From positions 6,572,001 to 6,636,000 of the forward strand of contig OZ024764.1 of assembly GCA_964016885.1 (NCBI GenBank): 64,000 nt of DNA, read 5' to 3'. The translations under genes and the position numbers were made by a program. The stretch is from Eledone cirrhosa. Taxonomy: Eukaryota. Positions 1 to 10,709 of this stretch are shown here, one piece after another (the first letter of the stretch is position 1; every line of letters begins with the position of its first letter). The notes below the pieces were generated by a model. It was given only the letters and a program-made list of their open reading frames with translations. It did no database searches and was not told where the DNA came from.

Positions 1-14
1 CTGTCTCGAAATCA

Positions 15-531
15 GGTTCTCAAAGTGGGCGATACCGCCCCTTGAGGGGGGGGGGGTTGAGATAGCCCAGGGGGCGGTAGAGATGATATAATAGTATATT
101 AAATATCAAATGATACATGGTATATATAAATATAGTTAAATATATAATATTTATTTATACATAGTATATATTTGGTTCTTTATATAGTGTCAACGCTCTT
201 TCGTCACACATTCTGTGACCTTCTCAGTGACTAGGTTTTGTTCTGAAAGGAGAGACACACAAAATAAAAACCTAGTCACTGAGGAGGTCACAGAATGTGT
301 GACAGAAGAGCGTTGACAATATACAAACAACCTTCCGGTTATCAAACCAATCAACCAACTGGAAATTTATAATAAATTATATTATTTATTATATATGAAT
401 TAAACGATTTTATTTATTATATATTATTTACAATTTGTGTGTAGGTAGATCTCTCTGGAAATATGAGTGGGGGCTGCTGAGCGTATTATGTGGCTGTGAG
501 GTGGGGCAGTGACCTCAAAAGTTTGAGAACC
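15..531. mobile_element. hAT-like non-autonomous DNA transposon with a nested HHR fold-back
   Basis: Inverted ends GGTTCTCAAA (15-24) and TTTGAGAACC (522-531) resemble Charlie/hAT CAGTGGTTCTCAAA termini, with G-rich subterminal sequence. Confidence 0.5.
185..325. mobile_element. Fold-back element with degenerate hammerhead (family A, related to 7088-7587)
   Basis: 189-240 is inverted relative to 268-317. The right arm reads gtca-CTGAGGA-g-gtcac-agaatgt-gtgac-a-GAAG-agcgt-tgac. Confidence 0.65.
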
Positions 532-628
532 TCCGGTCTAAATTGTAACTGCAATAACCCCATGTCGGGCTACTGGTGTTTTAAGGGAGTCAGGACCTTA
601 ATTTGTGGAAGGAAGAGGGTTGGTTTAG

Positions 629-1340
629 TTAGTCTTTCCATTACTGATACTATCTGTCAGTCACAACTCCTGGCAGAAGAAAGGAGCTGATCATCAGATC
701 AGACCAAGGAAACAATGTTTCTATTGGTCTTTCCATTACTGATACTATCTGTCAGTCACAACTCCTGGCAGAAGAAAGGAGCTGATCATCAGATCAGACC
801 AAGGAAACAATGTCTCCATTGGTCTTTCCATTACTGATACTATCTGTCAGTCACAACTCCTGGCAGAAGAAAGGAACTGATCATCAGATCAGACCAAGGA
901 AACAATGTCTCCATTGGTCTTTCCATTACTGATACTATCTGTCAGTCACAACTCCTTGCAGAAGAAAGGAGCTGATCATCAGATCAGACCAAGGAAACAA
1001 TGTTTCTATTGGTCTTTCCATTACTGATACTATCTGTCAGTCACAACTCCTGGCAGAAGAAAGGAGCTGATCATCAGATCAGACCAAGGAAACAATGTTT
1101 CTATTGGTCTTTCCATTACTGATACTATCTGTCAGTCACAACTCCTGGCAGAAGAAAGGAGCTGATCATCAGATCAGACCAAGGAAACAATGTCTCCATT
1201 GGTCTTTCCATTACTGATACTATCTGTCAGTCACAACTCCTGACAGAAGAAAGGAGCTGATCATCAGATCAGACCAAGGAAACAATGTCTCCATTGGTCT
1301 TTCCATTACTGATACTATCTGTCTGTCACAGCTCCTGACA
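629..1340. repeat. 95-bp tandem repeat, about 7.5 copies, hairpin-rich monomer
   Basis: agaccaagga recurs every 95 bp (701, 891, 1081 and 1271 read directly). A related single copy lies at about 31097-31170. Confidence 0.92.
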
Positions 1341-2249
1341 GAATTGAATTGGAAGTCAATATTTCCACTTCCCTTTCTATATCTTCCCTCTCCCCCTCTG
1401 TGTCTCCCTATCTCTCTTGCTCAGCTTTCCTATCTGTATCTGTTTTTTTCCTCCCCCTCTCCATCTGTCTTTCCTCCCCCTTCCTTCTCCCCCTCTGTTT
1501 TCCTCTCTCTATATCTTACCCTTTCTCCCTCTCTCTATATTTTCCCCTTCCCCCATCTCACTCTCTCCCTTCCTATCTTCCCCAGACTCCCCTTAAACCC
1601 TATTAACAACAAAGTTTTCAGCTTATTTTAATTTTTTTAATTAAAAAAATTTTTTTTTTTTCTTTTGTGTTTTTGTGCCCGAAAAAAAAAATTTTTTTTT
1701 TATTTAAAATTTAAATTTTAAAAAATTTAATAAAGCAACAGTTTGGTGTTTGGTATAACTTGCTAACATTTCTCTGCCCTGCCAAAATAAATGCCTTATG
1801 ACCTCCTTCGCGACTGACCCCTTAAAAGGTTGTGGGAAAAAACTGCCATTATATATAATGCTCACTAGTAAAATAATATCTATATTTTAATATATATATA
1901 TATATTTTTTTCCTTTTATATATATATTTACATATATATAAAAGAAAAATTTTTTAAAAACTTTTACATTTAATGCCAAAGAAACTAACACATTATCATT
2001 ATCATCATCATCATCATCATCATTTCGTCGATGCATGAAGACTTTCTAGCCTCCAAGCGCACCCTCTAGGTCTCCACTTGACCCAGGAGTGCAGCTCCGT
2101 CAAAGAGACAGGCTGGGGGAAATGTTCCTAGTGAATGGCGACCACACCTGTTCACTATTCAAGGAAAGCTGGAGATGTCGTAGCCTTGGCACATGTCTGG
2201 ACATCAGGCAGGGCATGCCCAGTCCTCCACGCAGTCGATTGGCAGTATC

Positions 2250-2525
2250 GGTAGAGGAAAGAAGAGTGCTCTATGTATAGTACAGAGCTATTTAATTACA
2301 TAATAAACAACACAATATAATTATTCCATTACCAAAGGTTTCACGAAGTCAGACGATTCTAACAAAAGTGTCTGAAGTCGTTCATCAGATTGAAATCTTT
2401 CTGTCTGATGTTAGAATTGTCTGACTTCGTGAAACCTTTGGTAATGGAATAATTATATTGCGTTGTTTATTACATAATTATATAGCTCTGTACTATATAT
2501 ATAGAGCACTCTTCTTTCCTCTACC
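2250..2525. mobile_element. Fold-back element (family B) with hammerhead on the - strand at 2326-2392
   Basis: Arms are about 110 bp and inverted. The - strand reads caat-CTGATGA-acga...tcgt-GAAA-cc-ttt-gg-TA-atgg. Confidence 0.75.
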
Positions 2526-2599
2526 TTTTCCACGGAAATACTTAACATATATATATATATGTATATATGCACATCATCAGGCATGCCCAGTCCTCCACA

Positions 2600-3420
2600 C
2601 AGTGGATTGGCAGTATCGGTAGAGCGTCAGGGGCCATGCTTTACAGCATAGTGTTATGGCCCTTTACGATCTGAGTTCAAATCCCGCTGAGGTTAACTTT
2701 GCCTTTCATCCTTACGGGGTCGATAAAATAAAGTACCAGTCACGCACTGGGGTTGATTTAATTGACGTTTCCTTCCCCCCCCCCCCCAGATTGGTGGTGT
2801 TGTGCTTAACCTTCTGCGGGTTGAATGTTTTTATGAATTGCCTCCCTTGATTAAGTATTAAGGGGACATTACTCTATTGGCACATTCAGTCGCCCACTGG
2901 GCCAAGAGGTTTAAACCATTATTATTATTATTATCAGAGGGCGGTGGATTGGCAGTATCGGTAGAGGGTCGGACGCCATACTTTGAAGCATAGAGTTACG
3001 GCCCTTGCCATTCTGAGTTAAAATCTCGCCGAGGTTAACTTTGCCTTTCATCCTTACAGGGTCGATAAAATAAAGTACCAGTAATACACTGGGGTATTTG
3101 CTGGCCTTGTGCCAAAGGTAGAAACGATTATTACGGGGTCGATAAAATAAAGTACCAGTAATACACTGGGATAATTGCTGGCCTTGTGCCAAAGGTAGAA
3201 ACAATTATTATTATCATCAGATGGCGGTGGATTGGCAGTAACGGTAGAACGTTGGACAAAATGCTTTGCAGCATAGAGTTATGGCCCTTTACGTTCTGGT
3301 TTCATCCTGCCGAGGTTAGCTTTGCCTTTCATTCTTATAGGGTCGATAAAATAAAGTACCAGTTGTGCACGGGGGGTCGATTTAATTGACTTCCCCTTCT
3401 CCCCAAATCGGTGGCATTGT
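2600..3420 (+). mobile_element. Three tandem octopus-type tRNA-derived SINEs
   Basis: Repeated ggcggtggattggcagtatcggtagag...gagttcaaatcccgccgaggttaactttgcctttcatccttacggggtcgataaaataaagtaccagt...ttgctggccttgtgcc, with A/B-box-like motifs and (ATT)n tails. Confidence 0.85.
2810..2909. mobile_element. Short piggyBac-like MITE (family 2) within a SINE tail; related copies at about 3425-3511 and 43465-43577
   Basis: ttaa-CCTTCTG...CAAGAGG-t-ttaa ends. The internal attgcctccctt...agtc(g/a)cc motif is shared by all three copies. Confidence 0.5.
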
Positions 3421-3537
3421 GTCTTGAATTGCCTCCCTTCATATTGCATTATGTGTTAGGGAGAGATTTCTCTGTCAGCGCATTCAGTCACCCGCAGGGC
3501 CAAGAGGGTTAAATCAGAAAGCATTATTATTGGTTGT

Positions 3538-3766
3538 CGTCATCATCACCATCACCACCACCATCACCATCATCACCACCACCATCATCACCATCATCAT
3601 CACCATCACCACCATCATCATCACCACCATCATCACCATCATCATCACCATCATCATCACCATCATCACTACAACCACCACCATCACCATCACCACCATC
3701 ATCATCACCATCACCATCACCACCATCATCATCACCATCATCATCACCACCACCACCACCATCACC

Positions 3767-3798
<32 letters not shown>
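3538..3798. repeat. (CAC/CAT)n compound trinucleotide microsatellite
   Basis: About 260 bp of mixed cac/cat triplets. Confidence 0.95.
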
Positions 3799-4391
3799 TG
3801 CATGCCTTTACTTACAATCCTTTTTGCAGATATTTGTGTGGAGTTGTTGCTGTGTTTGTTGTTGTTGTTATTGTTATACTTCAAATGATTAATTCAATGA
3901 AATTCTCTGTTATTTGTACCTGCTTAATTATTATTTGCAGTCATACCCTCTAATTACACCTGTTTCTCTTTTTCTTCTTCTTGTATATATATATATATCA
4001 TCATCATCATCATCATCACCGTCATTTTACGTCCGCCTCTCCCTGCTTGCAAGGGTGGGACGGGAACTGATTCTGGCTTGATTTCTACAGCTGGATGCCC
4101 TTCCTAACACCAACCTCATTTACAGTGTGGGCTGGGTGCTTTTTTGCCGTGGCACCTCCACGACCACTTTGCAGTGGAATGATAGGGACCCCAGTCCCTA
4201 TCATCTCATTTCTACAGCTGAGTAAACTGGAGCAATATGAAATAAAGTGTCTTGCTCAAGGAATCAACACATCACCCGGTCTGAGAATTGAACTCACAAC
4301 CTTTCGATTGCAAGCCAGCCCAATGCTCTAACCACTAAGCCATGTGCCTCCACACACACATATATATACATACATATATATATATATATAT

Positions 4392-4429
<38 letters not shown>

Positions 4430-4467
4430 CATCATCATCATCACTATTTTACATCTGTTCTTCCACG

Positions 4468-4509
<42 letters not shown>

Positions 4510-4570
4510 GTAGAACACTGGAAGGTAATATCCGTAGTGGTAGAGCACTCAGTCCAAGGGACGAGTTAGG

Positions 4571-4740
4571 TAGAAGTGGTAACACAACAGTTAGTTCACC
4601 ATACAGAGAACAATTGTTTCACCTTAGCGGATCCTCAGCTCGTAATGGACGTACAACCATGTCCATTACGAGCTGAGGATCCGCTAAGGTGAAACAATTG
4701 TTCTCGGTATGGTGAACTAACTGTTGTGTAACCACTTCTA
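4571..4740. mobile_element. Fold-back element (family C) carrying a hammerhead on both strands
   Basis: 4571-4650 is inverted relative to 4661-4740 and flanked by (TA)n. Confidence 0.8.
4669..4706 (+). ncRNA. Minimal type-I hammerhead ribozyme
   Basis: cgag-CTGAGGA-tcc-gctaa-ggt-GAAA-caattg-TT-ctcg. Stem I is cgag/ctcg, the core is intact and stem III is palindromic. Confidence 0.75.
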
Positions 4741-4754
4741 TATATATATATATA

Positions 4755-5080
4755 TAATTCAAGAGATAAGAGTAACATGGTTGTCGTACAATTAGGGCTT
4801 TATTCACGGTGCTGACAATTGTTTCTTTGATGTGGTAGGTCTAGAGTTCGCTAATCGCTAGATGTTGCGTCAATCGAACTCCAATACTTTGTTTATAACC
4901 AGTTAATTCATCAGAGCAAGCGATGAATTAACTGGTTATAAAGAAAGTATTGGAGTTCCATTGACGCAACATCTAGTGATTAGCGAACTCTAGACCTACC
5001 ACATCAAAGAAACAATTGTCAGCACTGTGAATAAAGCCCTTATTGTACAGCCAACCATGTTACTCTTATCTCTTGAATTA
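4755..5080. mobile_element. Fold-back element, arms about 158 bp, degenerate HHR-like centre
   Basis: Near-perfect inverted repeat centred at about 4917. The - strand near the centre reads CTGATGA-attaactggttataaa-cAAA, and the + arm has gAAA at the same position. Confidence 0.75.
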
Positions 5081-5237
5081 TTATTACTCCAAGTATAACC
5101 TACATAGAAATCACCGTGAACTCACTGCATCACCTTGTTGAGTCAAACTAAGCCATACGTTAATACCATCAACAACACGAAGTACTCTAACTGGACTACC
5201 TCTAAGTGGATTGCCTATAACGATAACTTGTTATCCC

Positions 5238-5279
<42 letters not shown>

Positions 5280-5351
5280 GTGAGGTTTTTTCTACAAAAT
5301 GAAAAACAACCGAGGTGTCCTACACGAGTGAAAGTATAAAGAAAAAGAAAT

Positions 5352-5620
5352 AAAATCGAAAATGCAACTGGAGTCTTATTTTTTAAAAAAATATATATAT
5401 TTATTTGGTTCCTTTACCGGTTTCGCAGTTCTTCTGCTTTTCAAAAGGTCAGTTGAGATGGAGGGTCTGTGGTTTTTCTCACATCTGATGTGAGAAAAAC
5501 CACAGACCCTCCATCTCAACTCACCTTTTGAAAAGCAGAAGAACTGCGAAACCGGTAAAGGAACCAAATAAATATATATATTTAAAAAAAAAATAAGACT
5601 CCAGTTGCATTTTCGATTTC
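5352..5620. mobile_element. Fold-back element (family D)
   Basis: Arms about 130 bp around catctgatg (about 5482-5490), flanked by TA/GA microsatellites. Confidence 0.8.
5524..5561 (+). ncRNA. Minimal hammerhead with U3:A8 compensated core
   Basis: cctt-TTGAAAA-gcag-aagaa-ctgc-GAAA-ccgg-TA-aagg. Stems I and II are perfect and stem III is palindromic (CCGG). The same core is present in the other arm. Confidence 0.7.
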
Positions 5621-5631
5621 ATCTCTTTTTC

Positions 5632-5727
<96 letters not shown>

Positions 5728-6112
5728 CATATATCCAGAGAAGACAGTAATCTATCCATTAGAATGCTAAAGACTATACCCCCTGACGAGTTTTGAGTTT
5801 TCTGTTGTTTAATTATAATCAATAGTTTGTGATCAACAACTGTTGACATAGATCTATTTTAAATCACAGTCTACAGTTAACGGAATAGTGCCATACGGTC
5901 ACTTTTGATTCCATCTTGAGTACATGGTCTTCTCTCTAATATGTATTTAGTATATATACAATATACTGTGACTTCTATGATGTATGGTTCTCTCTCTCTC
6001 TCTATATATATATAGGGAACGTTTCCACGAACTAAAGTATCGTCTTCCTGTCTTCCCCCGGTTGCAACGTTTTTTTAAATATCCACTTCTGCGTTTACAG
6101 ATTGACTTTGTT

Positions 6113-6163
6113 AGTTTCAGAAGATCCCGTTAAGGGTGAAAGCAGCGATTCTTTGCTTAAACT
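6113..6163 (+). ncRNA. Hammerhead-like motif with CAGAAGA (U4A) core (family E)
   Basis: agttt-CAGAAGA-tccc-gttaa-gggt-GAAA-gca...tgc-TT-aaact. Homologues at 47774-47870 and 53238-53283. Confidence 0.55.
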
Positions 6164-6196
6164 TTAATCTGTTATTTTAATAAATTAATATATATA

Positions 6197-6382
6197 TGGC
6201 GGTGGATTGGCAGTATCGGTGGAGGGTCGGACGCCATGCTTTCTAGCATAGTTACGTCCCTTTACGATCTGAGTTCAAATCCCGCCGAGGTTGACTTTGC
6301 CTTTCATCCTTACGGGGTCGATAAAATAAAGTACCAGTAATGAACTGGGTATTTGCTGGCCTTGTGCCTAAAGTAGAAACAA
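6197..6382 (+). mobile_element. tRNA-derived SINE copy
   Basis: Full-length match to the family at 2939-3200. Confidence 0.85.
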
Positions 6383-6480
6383 ATATATATATGTATATAT
6401 ATATATATATCTTCTACTTTTCACTAATATATATATATATATAGGTGTATATATATATATGTTAAGTATTTCCATGGAAG

Positions 6481-6778
6481 AGGTAGAGGAAAGAAGAGTG
6501 CTCTATGTGTAGTGCAGAGCTATTTAATTATGTAATAAACAACAAAATATAATTATTCCATTACCAAAGGTTTCACGAAGTTAGACGATTCTAACAGAGG
6601 TGTCTGAAGTCGTTCATCAAATAGAAATCTTTCTATCTAAAAAGATTTCTATTTGATGAACGACTTCAGACACCTCTGTTAGAACCGTTTGACTTCGTGA
6701 AACCTTTGGTAATGGAAAAATTATATTGTGTCGTTTATTACATAAATATATATAAGAAAAAACAGGTATTCTTTCCTC
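6481..6778. mobile_element. Fold-back element (family B, second copy) with C3U hammerhead
   Basis: Same sequence family as 2250-2525. The + arm reads ctat-TTGATGA-acga...tcgt-GAAA-cctttgg-TA-atgg (6649-6715). Confidence 0.75.
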
Positions 6779-6981
6779 GCATTTACAATTTTATATGTGT
6801 GTGTGTGCCCCTACCCCCGACCCATTTTCATCAATCACATTTCATCACTCATCAATCACATCTTAACGATTGTATTTAGTTTTCCATTTTTTCCCTAAAA
6901 TTATATTTATTTTCAGGTGAAGAACGAAAAACAGACTCTCGTCTTTTGTGTGTTGTGTGCATATATATACCTATATATATA

Positions 6982-7032
<51 letters not shown>

Positions 7033-7087
7033 TTCGTTTCTGAATTTGTTAGCAAGATTCTTTATCTGAAAACGTGTGTTGAAACCG

Positions 7088-7587
7088 ATATTGTTATACT
7101 TTGGGAGGGTCATGTTGCCAATAAGAAACAGACGCACCAGTTGCTTTCACTTTAATTTATTATAAATTAAATTTATAAATTTCTGCTTGGTTGGTTGGTT
7201 CCACAACCAGACGATTGTTCATATATTGTCAAAGTTCTTTCGTCACACATTCTTGAACCTCTTCAGTGACTGGGGATTCTTTTCTTTGTTTTTGTGCCTC
7301 TCCTTTGTTCTGTCCTACGCCATCTTGTTTTTGTGTGTGTTGTCAACACACACAAAAACAAGATGGCGAAGGAGAGGCACTAAAACAAAGAAAAGAATCC
7401 CCAGTCACTGAAGAAGTCACAGAATGTGTGACGAAAGAACTTTGACAATATATGAACAATCGTCTGGTTGTGGAACCAACCAACCAACCGGAAATTTATA
7501 AATTTAATTTATAATAAATTGAAGTGAAAGCAACTGGTGCGTGTGTTTCTTATTGGCAACATGACCCTCCCAAAGCATAACAATATA
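7088..7587. mobile_element. Largest fold-back (family A), arms about 245 bp
   Basis: Inverted repeat centred at about 7335 and bounded by AT-rich/(TA)n sequence. The terminus is repeated again, inverted, at about 7690-7730. Confidence 0.85.
7404..7446 (+). ncRNA. Minimal type-I hammerhead ribozyme
   Basis: gtca-CTGAAGA-a-gtcac-agaatgt-gtgac-GAAA-gaac-TT-tgac. Confidence 0.72.
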
Positions 7588-7610
7588 TATATATATGTAT
7601 ATATATGTAC

Positions 7611-7654
<44 letters not shown>

Positions 7655-7655
7655 G

Positions 7656-7692
<37 letters not shown>

Positions 7693-7832
7693 TGTTATGC
7701 TTTGGGAGGGTCATGTTGCCAATAAGAAACATTTATACATATATGTATATATATGTATATATATATATGTATATATATATATGTATATATATATATATGT
7801 ATGTATATATATATGTATATATATATATGTAT

Positions 7833-7872
<40 letters not shown>

Positions 7873-7953
7873 GTATGTATATATATGTGTGTGTGTGTGT
7901 GTATAATGTATATATATATACATATATATATATGCATATATATATATATATAC

Positions 7954-7986
<33 letters not shown>

Positions 7987-8330
7987 ATATAAATGTATGT
8001 CTGTCTATGTGTCTAACCATCTCTGTATATTTATGAATTTATCTGTTTTGTTGTCTATTTGTCCTTGTTTGATACAATACAGTTGCTGAACTCCTCACCA
8101 ATCATTTCTACACATTCACAGTCCCATCTTCAAAATGTGACGTGTTGTTGGTTTGTGTAAATCCCCCTACTCTTTTGTTGCAGGCAAATGTGATATATGT
8201 AAACTGTTAGGTTTATATTCCATCACAAGCCAACAACACCACAAACCCAAAAGATGTGACTGTGAAGGTCTAACAATGTTAAGGGACTCATTAGGAAATA
8301 GGAAAACATCCTATTAAAATATATATATAT

Positions 8331-8525
8331 ATAGGAAAAAGTATGACCCCGACGGCAGAGCTCAAGCCGTTTCGACGGCTATTTTCAGTCCAGAAATAGC
8401 CGTCGAAACGGCTTGAGCTCTGCTGTTGGGGTCATACTTTTTCCTATTTTCCACTCTACTACCCTAAGTATTGAGTACTTTGGTGCGTTATGGTCCATCT
8501 GGTTCCTTACCACAATTCCTTTGTT
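8331..8525. mobile_element. Fold-back element (family F) with a unique 3' extension; diverged copy at 62605-62785
   Basis: 8331-8383 is inverted relative to 8393-8447. It shares the downstream ccactctactac...agtattgagtact.tggtg.gttatggtccatctggt with the 62.7 kb copy. Only the GAAA half of an HHR is apparent. Confidence 0.7.
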
Positions 8526-8592
8526 ATATATATATATATACATATATATAAGTCCCACCCTTGCAAGCAGGGAAAAGCGGACGCAAAATGAT

Positions 8593-8655
<63 letters not shown>

Positions 8656-8723
8656 TTTATGTACAGATTAAGTTTAATTGTTGCTTTCATCCTTTACGGG
8701 ATCTTCTAAAATTTATTTATCTT

Positions 8724-8777
<54 letters not shown>

Positions 8778-8901
8778 CTTGGATACAAACCAATGAGGGA
8801 CCTCTATCTAGTAGCTAGACCTGTTAGGAATAGCAATAAAATCTCAACTCACACCCTAGTCCCATCTATCAGGGGGAGACCTCATAGATGTGTGTGTGTG
8901 T

Positions 8902-8966
<65 letters not shown>

Positions 8967-8975
8967 TATAGCTGC

Positions 8976-9018
<43 letters not shown>

Positions 9019-9190
9019 ATATTTATTGTTTTACACAGAGCTCAAATTAGAGTAATTGATCATAAGAAGCCAAACAAAGGTCTATGTATCAGACCCTTCT
9101 GAGGGAACTTTCCTAAAAAAAGATATGTATAGAAACTCCTATTGTGCAATGATTACAGTAGAAGCAAATTTTTCGTTAAAAAAAGACAAC

Positions 9191-9469
9191 AAATACATTA
9201 ATACGTTAAATTCAGATTAATGAATGTTTCATCTCTTCCTGGGACTTCTCAAAATCAGATATTTAATATATAAACCTCGTTACATTCCATCCAGCAGCCA
9301 AGGATTTTATGTAACTTTGTATTTTTTTTTAAATGTTAATGAATCTCTGGCTGCTGAATGGAATTATGGTGAGATTGTAACAAGGTTTATATATTAAATT
9401 ATTGATTTTGAGAAGTCTCAGGAGGGGATGAAACATTCGTTAATCAGAATTTAACGTATTAATATATTT
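9191..9469. mobile_element. Diverged fold-back (family G) with U3:A8 hammerhead at 9404-9445
   Basis: gatt-TTGAGAA-gtctc-aggag-gggat-GAAA-cattcg-TT-aatc. The left arm carries the reverse complement with the same core. Confidence 0.68.
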
Positions 9470-9513
9470 AGTGTGTATATGTATATCTACATACTAAATA
9501 CATTAATATGTTT

Positions 9514-9598
<85 letters not shown>

Positions 9599-9706
9599 TA
9601 AATACATTAATATGTTAAATATCTATATATATATATATGTGTGTATGTATAATATTGCATCCAGCCTGCCCATCCATCCTTTCAATCTATTTTATTTCTC
9701 ATTCTT

Positions 9707-9742
9707 TCTTCTGATGAAGGACTAGTGTCTGAAACGTTAAGA
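9707..9742 (+). ncRNA. Ultra-minimal hammerhead (loopless palindromic stem III)
   Basis: tctt-CTGATGA-aggac-tagt-gtct-GAAA-cg-TT-aaga. A solo element between TA tracts. Confidence 0.65.
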
Positions 9743-9826
9743 CCCTCCTCTTGTTATTTCAAGCGTTAAACTAATATATTCCTTCCATATACTGTACCGA
9801 TTGTGTTGTTATCTCTGTTTACCTTT

Positions 9827-9869
<43 letters not shown>

Positions 9870-9904
9870 GTATGTGTGTATATATACATATATATGTAGA
9901 AGTT

Positions 9905-10232
9905 ATATTTAATTTGTTGGGATTCCAACAAACTTAAAAGTTTATAACTGATATAAAGCACTCAACAGATTACTGGAGTAAATAATCAATATATTAATAA
10001 ATGGAAACTATATTTATAAAACCATAATTATTTTATTATTTCTATTTTATCTGATGAAAGCGCACCAAGATTGGCTTGGTTGCGCTGGAAATATATATAA
10101 TAAAATAAATATGGTTTTATAAATATAGTTTCCATTTATTAATATATTGAATATTTGCTCCAGTAAACTGTTGAGTGCTCTATATCAGTTATAAACTTTT
10201 AAGTTTGTTGGAATCCCAACAAATTAAATATA
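9905..10232. mobile_element. Fold-back element whose loop holds a complete hammerhead
   Basis: 9905-10038 is inverted relative to 10098-10232. Confidence 0.8.
10043..10107 (+). ncRNA. Type-I hammerhead ribozyme with long stem II
   Basis: tattttat-CTGATGA-a-agcgca-ccaag-attgg-cttgg-t-tgcgct-g-GAAA-tatata-TA-ataaaata. Confidence 0.78.
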
Positions 10233-10449
10233 TGTATGTATGTATAATGTCTGTGTGTCCCCAACATGATGCTCTGTCAGACACTGGAATAAAAATAAAA
10301 AAAATTAAAAAAAAAAAAACCATATATAAAAGAAAATGTGTTCACCGAGCTCCTTGCTCCACCTCCTCTCATTGTCTTTTTCCTCGTTAACTTTGTTGTC
10401 ATTTACTACAGTAATTAGTAGCCTCCTTACCTTCCAATTCTCTCTCTAG

Positions 10450-10515
10450 ATGTAACTGACTACAATAGCGTCGACTGGTTTGAACTGGTACCTGCCTCTT
10501 CCCTTAGTCAATGCT
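10450..10515 (+). CDS. Candidate 66-nt symmetric (phase 1-1) cassette exon, possibly of cut
   Basis: Pyrimidine tract ccttccaattctctctctag, then the exon, then a consensus gtaagt donor. Length is divisible by 3 and it is open in phase 1 (xVTDYNSVDWFELVPASSLSQC), matching the phase of the cut terminal exon. It lies in unique non-repeat sequence. Confidence 0.45.
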
Positions 10516-10569
10516 GTAAGTTTATAAAAGAGCCTCATTTTCAACGATTAGGTTCTCTCTCTCTCTCTT

Positions 10570-10642
<73 letters not shown>

Positions 10643-10672
10643 AATTGATGTTGTGGTCATTTGCTGTTGTGT

Positions 10673-10709
<37 letters not shown>

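Noticed and set aside
3514-3953. Extensin-like Ser/Pro ORF
   Set aside because: It is a (CAC/CAT)n microsatellite open in several frames.
10429-10513. Antisense exon-like signals (cttacag...gtaagg) overlapping the candidate cassette exon
   Set aside because: There are stops in the frames checked, and the sense-strand reading fits the cut phase better.
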